NCBI GenBank assembly: GCA_001642005.1
Contig: LWCA01000004.1
Span: forward strand, 1-64,000
DNA from: Intoshia linei
Lineage: Eukaryota; Animalia; Orthonectida
Direction: 5' to 3'
Length of the DNA: 64,000 nt
Of this stretch, positions 53,518-64,000 are shown one piece after another (positions within the stretch are counted from its first letter, which is position 1; each line of letters begins with the position of its first letter). A program made the translations under genes and the position numbers. The notes beneath the pieces are model-generated. The model did no database searches. It saw nothing but the letters and a program-made list of their open reading frames with translations, and was not told where the DNA came from.

Positions 53518-53870
53518 TCCTAACTTATATAATATGCTACGCGATTTTTGTTTGTGTGTGTGTTCCACTTTATTGAAATAACTATCAGTCTTAGAATTTT
53601 ATAAAGTTTACATTTCAATTACAGTTTTTTCCGGGACGTATAATAAGATAAATTTCAACCTCCAATTTTACATCTTACAGGTCAAACCCTGTTGTCTCTC
53701 TTTTTGAAGAGCAAACGAGTTGGAGAATTTAAAAAAATATATCAATTGTCCTTCTTTTTGAAATCAAACGAGTTGGAGAATTTAAAAAAAGTATAGTTTT
53801 TTTCGGGACATATAATAAGATAAATTTCAACCTCCCAATTTCACATCTTACGGGTCAAAAACCCCGATTG
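53518..53870 (+). mobile_element. Helitron 5' fragment near-identical to 25941-26297
   Basis: a|TCCTAACTTATATAA start and the same internal rearrangement. Confidence 0.8.
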
Positions 53871-54593
53871 TACATTATAAAGATAAATAAATTATATGAG
53901 TTTGGCCCTTAATAATTATTTTACCCCCTGGCTGAAAATCCTATACTCGTCACTGCCACCCTGCTGTAGAAGAACCAATTCGTTACACCGGTCAGTAGAA
54001 TTCTTAAATAGGCGTTTTGTTAAATTTTCAAAATGTTTACTTGCCTACTGTACAAAAATATTTATAAAATTTCTTGTTGCTTACACTTTGGGCTAAAGTT
54101 TAGCATCGACGTCATCTTCAACTACGATAAAGTGGCCAGAAAAATACGTACTATCACTTTTAGTTTATTTGGAATGAATTTTAAGCCAAAAATTTTTACG
54201 GTGTAATTTTAACAACACATTGTAAACATTGACATTGAGCATTGGTTCTCAAAAATTTTAAATCTACATTTACAATTTATGTGGTCCATTTTTATGAATT
54301 CTAGAAATTTTGCATGATTACATATTGAATTGCTTAACGCTATTTAAACTAGTGCCGCATTAAGGGTATTGGGTACGAAGAAATCATTTACAAAACACTT
54401 AAAATTTTAAAAATAATTACTTTATTACTAAAATTCACTATTAAAACCAAAAACATTAAAATTAAATTGTTTCACATTTTCTATTTTACATTTATTGTGT
54501 CCGATCGGTTAAGAGGTAATTAAACAGTTCTTCATATTATTTGATACGATACTTTTTTTAAATAACTAAATATAAGGCTTGAATAGTTTAAAT

Positions 54594-54764
54594 CAGGGAT
54601 CGGCAACTTTGTGCGTCTTGTGGGCCACTTTATTATATCAAAAAATTATACGGGTCACGTTTTTTAAAATTTAAAAATAAATAATTTACATATTTATTGA
54701 AAGGGCCACCAAAATTAATCTGTGGGCCATTTTTGGTCTGCGGACCATTGTTTGCCGACTCCTG
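54594..54764. mobile_element. hAT (Buster-type) MITE
   Basis: cagggatcggcaa / ttgccgactcctg TIR; perfect TSD gtttaaat. Confidence 0.85.
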
Positions 54765-55940
54765 GTTTAAATTGATCAAAATTAATTGAGATTTAGCGTG
54801 AAGATTGAGATAAAATTTTACTTGAAAATTACTAAAATTGTACTACATACATGTATTATCTTTTGAGATTATGATTCTTAATCTTTAAAAAATACAAGAT
54901 AATTATATAAAGTTAAATCTGAACAAGGACGGTTAAAATTTAAAAATTTAAATAAATACTAGCCAAATAATTAAATAATTTATTAGTTAGAAAATAGTAA
55001 AATAAACGCATGATTCAACCAAAGAAATTAATAACTAGGATAATTATTTATAAAATACACAAAATGATCGGTAAAACTATTAATGTTTGTTTGTAGCTGG
55101 AATCAAACAAGTACTTGACGTCGTAAGTGATTAAAATCAAAATGCATTTAATCCATGTAATCTTCTTTGGATAAATAGTTTATTCCTATCCTCTTAATTA
55201 ATTAATTTTCAAATAACGAGAATATTGTAATCCGATTTGTTAATTAAATTTAATTTTTAATTTTTAACATTATAATAACTAATAATCTGTAAATAATTTA
55301 ACATGAAAAATTAAATATACAAATTGAAAGTTTAGAAATAAACCATATATGAATGTAATATACAATAATATATTATTGTATAAATTATATTCAAATTTTT
55401 AAGGTGAGTAACTGCAAACTTGATATAATAAAATAAAAACTTGTAAATTTTAGCCAAAAATGAGTTAAAGAATTTAAAATAAGTATAAATCCGTTAAAAC
55501 AAAAACTTGATTAATGTAGACATATAAAGTTTAAACACTAATTTTGATATAAATAATTAAAAACATTAATATGCAAATTAAACATCAAATTTTGACGACT
55601 CAACAAAAATTTATTTTAAATACTTGGAGTAAAATTATAATTGGTACACTAGCTAGAAATAAATGTGTAGATTGTATAAACCAAATCAAGCAATATTAGC
55701 TATCAAGAACCAATCAATATACTATAATTAATGTTGTAATGAATAAGGCTATTGGATTAACAATTAATCTTTAATTTTAGTACTAGCCCACATTCAGTGG
55801 ATGTAAATAATTATTATAATATTCATATGACTTGGAATGAAAATTTAATTCATTTATTAATGAGTTTATGAATTGTATATTACTTTACATTTAAAATATT
55901 TTTTATCTTTATTTTACTTTTTAAATCAAAAGTTATAAAT

Positions 55941-58900
55941 ATGAGTCACAATAAAAATGAAATGAATAATATTAATCATGGCGATGATCAAGTCCAAGAT
56001 GGTAATCAAGAAGGTATATTGGAAAATTCTACCTCTAACACAACCTCAGCTTCCAAAATCTCAATGCCTAAGAGAGTTCGAACACATTTCAATGCCTATC
56101 AATTGGGACAACTGGAATCCATTTTTTGTAGGAATAGATATCCTAATCAACATACTAGATCATGTATTGCCGATAGTATTCATCTTTCAGAGCCTAAAAT
56201 TCGGGTATTTTTATTTATTTATAGTATCATCTGATAAAGGGTGTATTTAGACCAGGGGTGCACAATATGCGGCCATGGGTAATCCATGTGATCATAATGC
56301 AATATATCATTTTACTTCAAATTGAAAAGTTTAAATCAAATTTTATTCAATATTTGTATCAAAGTTACATTTTTGACTTTGGCCACTTTCTCAAAATGGA
56401 TTTAAATTTTCTCAGTGTCAAATTAAATTTTGTGCAGCTTGGTTTTTTATTTTGTGGTTGGATTAAGAAGTTCTTTCTAAAATCGGAATTTTTAAGTTGA
56501 TTTTTACATGAAGGCTGTAAATTGTATTTTTTATTAACAATTATTTCAAAGTAAATATTATTACATTTTATTGATGGTGGGATAAAAGTGGGATTTTTAA
56601 AATAATAATTTAGCGGTCGTTTAGACTTTGGGATAAAATCCCAACATGTGGCAACTCTGCAATAATCATTATTGACATGTCAATAATGTACTTTACAAAA
56701 ATAAACTATTTTTTTAATTTTGCCAGCAATGTAAGTTACCAGGTAAAACCTTTGATTATCAGTGATGACCAAACCAAATAAATTTTTTGTAAAATGATGA
56801 CTTTATTTTTCTAAATTGAGCATTTAAAAACATTTTTGTTTCAAATTTAAACTCCAAGTGCAAACCTGTGAATAGGTGGCTAAGAGTATACGGAATTATG
56901 CATTGGTTGCGAAAAAATGTCCATATTAATTTTTTATTTCTGTGGCTTCGAGCATGGTAGGTTCAGCTCTGCTGACATCAGTAATGATCAAAAAAATTAG
57001 ATTATTTATGTCAACCATTCTCAACTGGGTCCATAGCAGATTTTTTGGGAGTCCATGAAAAATTTTATAGTTAAATTAAATAAAATAAAGAGAAAAATGA
57101 TATTTCCGCAATGATAGTGATTATTTCTAATTAAAGCCAACTAATTTAATGTTTATTTTTCATTAGGACTAAATTTAACATTTAGTGAATATACATTATA
57201 TTATATTACATGTATATTAAATACTCAATATAAAATTAAAAACAATAATACTATATAAATTATATAATATAACTAGCTTAACTTTGTATTTGTATGGGTA
57301 TGTGTACTTCGTACAAACATCAGCTAGCTCTGCCAATGTGGATTTTTTAATTTTAAGACGGATTTTGAATTTTGAAAGACAAAAAGTGTATGATCTTAAA
57401 AAGAATCAAATTATAGTTAAAAACGTAAAAAATTGTCATAAAAACATGAATCCCAGAAAAAATGAAATTTTAAATACCTGTAGTACATAGTTTATAGTAT
57501 ATAGTTTTTATCTATTATGCATTTCGGATAAAGAAATGGTCCTTAAACTTGTTTCATCATGGACCGATTGTCAAAAAGTTCAATTTTTAGGGATGCTAAT
57601 GATTTTCAAAAGTATCCAAGATTTATGCTTATAAAATTTTACGATTTTTCATTTTTAAAACAATGGTAATTTGGGGTTTTGATTATGAAGATGTAAGTTT
57701 CCGAGGCTTAGATTTACGACAATGTTAATGACTTTCAAACACGTTTCAGAATATATTTTTTTTAATTTTAGAGCTGATTTTATTTTTATAATAATAAAAT
57801 TGTATTTTTGACCTTGAATAACTCAAATTCGGGAAATGACATTTGCGATGCTGCATCTCACCTTTTTGACTCATTTTCGATCACTCTTGAAAAACTATTA
57901 GCAAGTGGGGCTTTTAAATAAACGGTAACACATACGGTACATTTTATATAAATAAAGAATGGGATCACCTTTTGAAACTATTATAATAAAAACCAAGATA
58001 ATTGTGTAATACACAATGTGTATTTCATCCAGACTTCAACCAGATAATAATGAACGTTATAAATTCAATATACAACCAACTAAAATAATTTTTTTAATAA
58101 ATGTATTGTCTTGGGGCTAAAAAAGTTTTTTAGAAAGAATTATATATTTTGTTAGTAATTATTTCATACACATCAATAAAACTATTTTTTCATTTAATTT
58201 AATTTTTTCCTACTAACGTGTTAAGCATCATAGCTTATGACGGTTACGAAAATTTTTTATTTTACAATTGGTTCACTGTCAAAAAAGTTTGAGAAACACT
58301 GATGAAAACAATGAACTGGAAACTAGCTTGTTAACACATGGAAAAAATGCTTTATTTATACCAATTTTTACCGTAGATGAGAGATTTTCGTCAGTTAATG
58401 TGTTTCTGTAAATTTTTTTCGTTAATTTCATAGATAAGAATAATTGCTCGCATACCCATGTAGAGACAAATATAGCTACAATTTTAATTTCGAATTTTAT
58501 CACATTATTAAATAATTTCGGAAAGTAGCGATAAAATTTAAACAGGCTAATTTCGTCAAATTTATTTTTTTGTAATTTTTTGAATTTGATTATATCGCCA
58601 GTTTTAACACCCATTAGGGTTACATATTTGTATAGTTCAATATCTTTAACTATCAAATTCAGACATTTTGAATTTTTCATTAAGACATGATATAAATTCA
58701 CATATTGGCTCAGAGGTTTGTTTTGTTATGAATATTTTAGCAGACTGTAAAAATCGAAATCGTATATGTTTTGAGTTCGATTGGCCATAGTTTTTTTAAT
58801 TTTTGAAAAATTAGTTCGGTCAGCGATGTTAAGATGATTACAAAATATAATACATATTAACGTCGTCGATTACGGACTAAAATTGGCGAGTTCTTCCTTC

Positions 58901-60160
58901 GTCATTATAATTCTATCCTGGATATTTTTATTAAATGGTTCTGTATTCATTGTTCAAGATCGGTTTTTTAAAATTAATGTTCGTATGATAAAACTATAAT
59001 TTTAATTTGATATGGCTTGCATGTATTAATATTTATAAAAATGTATTAATGCAAATTTATAATTAATTGTTAATTGTCATTATTTAATAATCATGATTTT
59101 AATCATATCTCTGATCTAATTTAGGTCTGATACTGATAAACTGTTCAATTTGGAATATTTAATAATATAAATATTATATATATAAATATACGAAGTCGCG
59201 GCGGGTCGCACTTAAATTTGAAACGGGCCGCTAGTTTGACACGGCTGCTTTAAATAAAATGTAATGGCCGATATATGGTGAAACAAGTTTGAAAACCACT
59301 CCTTAGATCAGTGGCCACCAAACTACGACCCGCGATTACAAATCTACTAAAAATGCACTGGTGATATCTTACAAATTATAATTTGTAAATATATAATGTA
59401 ATTATATATATGATAATTATCATTTATCATCGACTTGTCATTTCTAAATAATGAGAATCTTATTAATTCATTAACTTAAACTTTAAATAGTAATTTAAAA
59501 TACCTTTATGTATATTTGGCATGTGGCTCACGGATTTTTTTTAGTTATTCCGGTCCCATGTCAAAAAGGTTGGTGGTCACTGGTTTAGATGATTGGTAAT
59601 AGTGGATAGTAGCATTTATGTAAAATTTTATTAAGATTGAATTTATTTTTTGGTAGAATTAACAAGTTCGCGGAAGAGCTATCTGCTGTTTGTACCAAGC
59701 ACATAACAGTCAAGCTAGTTACTTTATATAATTAAAAATTAATTAATTAAACTTAAAATAGGTTTGGTTCAAAAACAGACGAGCAAAATGGCGTAAAAAC
59801 GAAAGAACAATATTGAACCATCAAAAAATAAGTCAAACATTCGAAGAAGCTGAAAAGGCGTTACATTATTCTCGAATGCAATTTCCAATTAATAATATGG
59901 GAGTTGATTTAGCTATGCAAACAAATTTATATAATCAACATCATTTACAACATCCAATGTTGCAAAGACTTCAAAATGGATATTCAATTTCAAATTTACC
60001 TTATCTTAATGATTTTCATAATCGAAATTTAGAAAGTTTTTGCAGTAATTATCCACAACATTTAACAAAATATTATTCCTATCAAAATCATAACCAGAAA
60101 AATGACGAGAATGTTAAAAATTGTAATTGTGAATCTTTATTCAAATACCCTTATAGTTAA
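55941..60160 (+). CDS. Pitx: Pitx-family PRD-class K50 homeobox protein, ~220 aa; exons 55941-56204 and 59762-60160
   Basis: PKRVRTHFNAYQLGQLESIFCRNRYPNQHTRSCIADSIHLSEPKIR|VWFKNRRAKWRKNER. RTHF, RNRYP and WFKNRRAKWRKxER are Pitx-type; intron at the canonical PRD position 46/47. Confidence 0.85.
57272..57935 (-). mobile_element. Old Helitron copy in the Pitx intron
   Basis: Degenerate ctag...gtacttcgtacaaac..ctagctctgcc terminus and body. Confidence 0.6.
58279..59247 (-). mobile_element. hAT (SPIN/GTF2IRD2/Buster-like) remnant in the Pitx intron
   Basis: FVSTWVCEQLFLSMKLTKKIYRNTLTDENL dimerisation-region motif; terminus cagccgtgtcaaac (reverse strand) at 59247. Confidence 0.75.
59309..59582. 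mobile_element. hAT MITE inserted in a Helitron 3' end (Helitron CTAG near 59718)
   Basis: cagtggccaccaa / ttggtggtcactg TIR; TSD ccttagat / gtttagat. Confidence 0.7.
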
Positions 60161-61810
60161 TTATCACTGTTATCAGTTATTGTAAATTATAATAAAATAT
60201 ATTTATCAGATAAATTATTCTGTTATTCATTATCGATTTTTTACAGTAAGCTTTGGTTAGGTTAAAAAGTATGCAAGATGTATCGACTAATGAGAATTCG
60301 GTCGGAATTCACCGAAAAAATCAAATATTGTATTCAGATTGAAAATTAACCCAATTTTATTATGCTCCTCATGCTTTCAAGGAATTGTATAAGGATACAA
60401 TTCTCGGTCAAAATTAAAATCATTAAAATTAAGAATATTTACATTTTTCGGAATTTTACATATTTTACCTGCCAAATGTCATAACCCCTCGGGAGTTTTG
60501 ACGATGTGCAGTCCATAATTATGTAAAAATAACAATAATACATGATGTTAATGTTTATCCTATACTGAACTAAAAATTTAATACCTTGATAATTTCATCT
60601 TTTCAAATGTAAATTAATAATAAAATGTATATGTACAATAATGACACCCCCTAACTAATTTTATAAGCTAATAAATAAGTTATAATTTCATTTTTATTCA
60701 AGGTAGCTTGACAGTTTAAAGTTTAAACGGTATATGACACATTGTCGTAATTATGGAAATTTACAATGGGTCACAGTTCGTGACATGACATTATAACATC
60801 AAAATAGTAGTGATTACTTTTCTTGGTAAATTGAAATGGAAATAATCAATTGGAAAGTTAATTTTGATATACATTTGCGTTGTAAATTCGGTGAATTTCA
60901 AATAATCATTTATTATAATACTGACATAATATTATTGACAGCAATTTTATTATATTTAATAATTATATTAGTTTTCGGTCTATACTAACACGCAATATCG
61001 TGTTGCACCCATCTGTTTATTAATCAATATGACTTTCATAATAAACAAAACTATAACTTAAACTTCTGTGTTATATATTTTTTTAATCTAAAGAGCTACT
61101 TTTCCTCGAAAAAAAAAAGTAATTTGAATGATTTGATTAGACCTTGTCAAATTAAAAGCAGTAAAGTATCACATTGAGTCTAATTATAATTATAAAAATA
61201 TATAATTCAAATTAAAACAAATTGTGCAAAACATGAAAATGAATACTGAATCTTCATTTAAACATGGAATTTCAAAAATCAAATAAAGGCTGAGATGTTT
61301 AAATGGAATTTTCAAATAAATTATCAAAATAACATTCAAAAGTTAAAAATTTCTAGACAAAAATCAAATTTATAAAGTATATTCGTAATTTCATTCTATG
61401 ATAAAAGTGATGTAAACAATAAAAAAGTTGATAAAAAATTCAATATATTGATTAAACTGCAGTGACTATTCTATCACCTTATCATATAGAAAATGTACAC
61501 GATATTAAAAGTGCATGTTGAGAGGTCAAACATAGTAATAATTACGAATTTAATTAATAGTGAAAGCCAGTATATAATTTTTGCAATATTGTCAATATCT
61601 ATAAATAATGTAGTTATTATACATTAATAAATTATAATTTAATTGATTAACAAATAACGTGTCCACCTCAAATTATGTAGGTAACAAAAATTTTTCCAAT
61701 AATATTTACAGTAATCTGAATTAATACATATTTTGCTAACAAATTTAAAAAGAAATGCAATAAATTATAATCTTTATTAACTGGAATAAATGACAATTTA
61801 GCATCTTGGT

Positions 61811-63561
61811 ATGCGATTGATATTTACATTATTAGTTCAATTCAATTTTTTTTATTTCTTTTATTCTGGAAAATCATCTCCACCAAGTTTAACAAAATTA
61901 TTAAAGTACATGTTTAAAGATTATGAAAAAATTCCTCCGTCAAGTAATTTTGTTTGTATTTTATTTTACATAATTTTTAGTCTTTTTTTTCATATAATGA
62001 CATCTAATTTTCACTTTCTATTCTTAATTTAATGTACATTTTTATTTTTTGGTGTGAATTTGTATGGGATATTTTTATTTTAAAATTAGAAAAATATCAA
62101 TTAATGTAAAACCAATGAGGATAGGGACGGCAATCGATAAAAAATTAAAAAATCTAAAATAATATTAATGTATCATATAATAATTTATTATACTTTGATT
62201 TGAAAGAAATTTTTTCAAAATTAATTGATAGAAAAAGTTAAAAAAATTAATCGATAAATAAATATATAAACGTTTTTATCGATTGTCAGCAGTAGTGGGT
62301 TGTGAGGAAAAAATATAATTATTACATAATAATCATCTACATATCTATGTTATATACATAAAATTGTAAAATTTCATTAAATTTATTATTCTAGTTGATG
62401 GTCCAATTTCAATTTCTATTGGATTATATGTTAACTACATCTACGATATTAGTGAACAAGCCATGGTTTTTTTAAATTTAAATAATCTAAATTATATTAA
62501 ACCCTTTATGGTGACATTCAATGTTTAAATTTTTTATGCACAGTGTGCATATAAACGTGCAATGCACATTATAATTATTATTAATAAAGTAGTATTATTA
62601 TAATTAATAATACTGAAAAATTATTATTGATGAAAATTTAAGGTTCGTGCTTCAGATCATGTTGTAGAACTCTAGTATAACCCAGTGTTAAGCCAACCTT
62701 TTAAATTTCATGCACCACTTTTATCTTTACAAAATTTCTGCTCCCCACTATAATTTTTTATTTTGGGTTTTGGATTAAAAAGTTATTACTTATAAGATTT
62801 GGTAAAATGGGATTTTTACCTGAGGGTTTTAAATGATATTTGTTATTAATGGTGGAATTAACAGTGGGATTTTTGAAATAATAATTTACCGGTCGTCTAG
62901 GATTTATGGTAAATTCACAACATCTGGAAACTCTGTAATAAATATTAAAAATTCTAAAATTAAACAAGAGTTGATATAAAATTTTTACATATTATTTGTA
63001 TCTCACGGACCCAAGATATATAGTTTTGGACCAGGGTCAAGGGCCTAATCCCCAATCGAGAGCCACTGATTTAATTGATGCATCGTTTTCATTTTTGAGA
63101 GTTCTTCTTGATATTGTATCGAAACATGAGATAGCATTGTATACATTGTATATCGTATATTGTATATAATTTAATCACTTTAATCACTTTAATCACTTTA
63201 ATTTCAGGAATATGGTATAAATATGTATCTGCGACAAAAATGGCAAGATTATCGGTTAACATTCGATCCAAAAATGGTGAACAATGAAACAAAAATTAAA
63301 CTTCCTGATTCATATCTAAACAAATTATGGTTACCGGATATATTTTTTAGAAACGAAAAAAGAGCATATTTTCATGAAATCACTACACCAAATAAATTAA
63401 TCATTTTAAATAGTGATGGTGTGGTCTGGTATGTTGCAAAGTAATTTTTGTTATTGTTGTAGTTAAACTAATTATTGAAAATAGTGTATTCATTTATTTT
63501 CATAATTTTTTAGAATTTCGGCAAAATTATCCTGTACAATGGACCTTCATAAATATCCTTT
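61811..63561 (+). CDS. Cys-loop ligand-gated ion channel subunit (glycine receptor/GluCl/GABA-A-like), 5' part; continues beyond the window
   Basis: Exons 61811-61943, 62395-62465, 63208-63440 and 63514-63561: signal peptide, DISEQAMEY, YLRQKWQDYRL, LWLPDIFFRNEKRAYFHEITTPN, LSCTMDLHKYP. Confidence 0.92.
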
Positions 63562-64000
63562 GTAAATTTTTTCTCGTTATATTTAATATGTAGTTTTAAG
63601 TTTTACATTTTAAATTAGTGATTAATTATAATTTGATAGAGAAAAATATCGACATCATTAGAGAAGAAATTTATCGACAGCGATTCATCGATTGGCAGTT
63701 GATCGACATAACAATTTACTTATTGATAGATTTTTTTTTAAATTTACTCGAAATATTTATTTCTTTATACCAATTTAAATTTTTTCATAAATATATGTTT
63801 TATTGCAAAAAATTATTGAAAATTATAAAATGAATCAAATTAAAAAAAGTATACGTCGTACATTGCAGTGCACTGTGCGCAATAATACTGGCAATATTAT
63901 TATAGTTACAGCTTAACTCTTTTAAGTCATTCAAATTTTGATAAATCGCCGATAAGTTATCGTTATTTATATTTTTTAATAAATTATTTTTGTCTCGTTT

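Noticed and set aside
56253-59247. One 3-kb hAT spanning most of the Pitx intron
   Set aside because: Ends differ (caggggtgcacaa versus cagccgtgtcaaa) and flanks atttagac / ctttaaat do not form a TSD.

Overview
Very AT-rich (roughly 20-25% GC by eye) eukaryotic, animal genomic DNA with GT-AG introns from ~40 bp to ~3.5 kb. The compact, AT-rich, divergent style suggests a fast-evolving invertebrate, possibly an orthonectid-like parasite; this is an unverified inference. Host genes: a FAM8A1-like RDD gene (cut by the left edge), two tandem OATP/SLCO transporters, Cdx/caudal, PPT1-type thioesterase, a divergent Pitx, the 5' part of a glycine-receptor-like Cys-loop channel (cut by the right edge), and two intronless orphan membrane ORFs that share N-terminal motifs. 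Introns and intergenic DNA are filled with one non-autonomous Helitron family, hAT, Tc1/mariner/pogo and P-like MITEs, and transposase relics. Most notable observations: (i) a 2.2-kb element with piggyBac-style TTAA/CCCTT ends whose only large ORF is a Harbinger/IS5-type DDE_Tnp_4 transposase, nested in a MITE; (ii) a Vps54-like coding fragment inside a Helitron; (iii) a candidate new two-member orphan membrane-protein family; (iv) Cdx and Pitx about 14 kb apart with derived features. All calls are from manual reading; no database searches were run.
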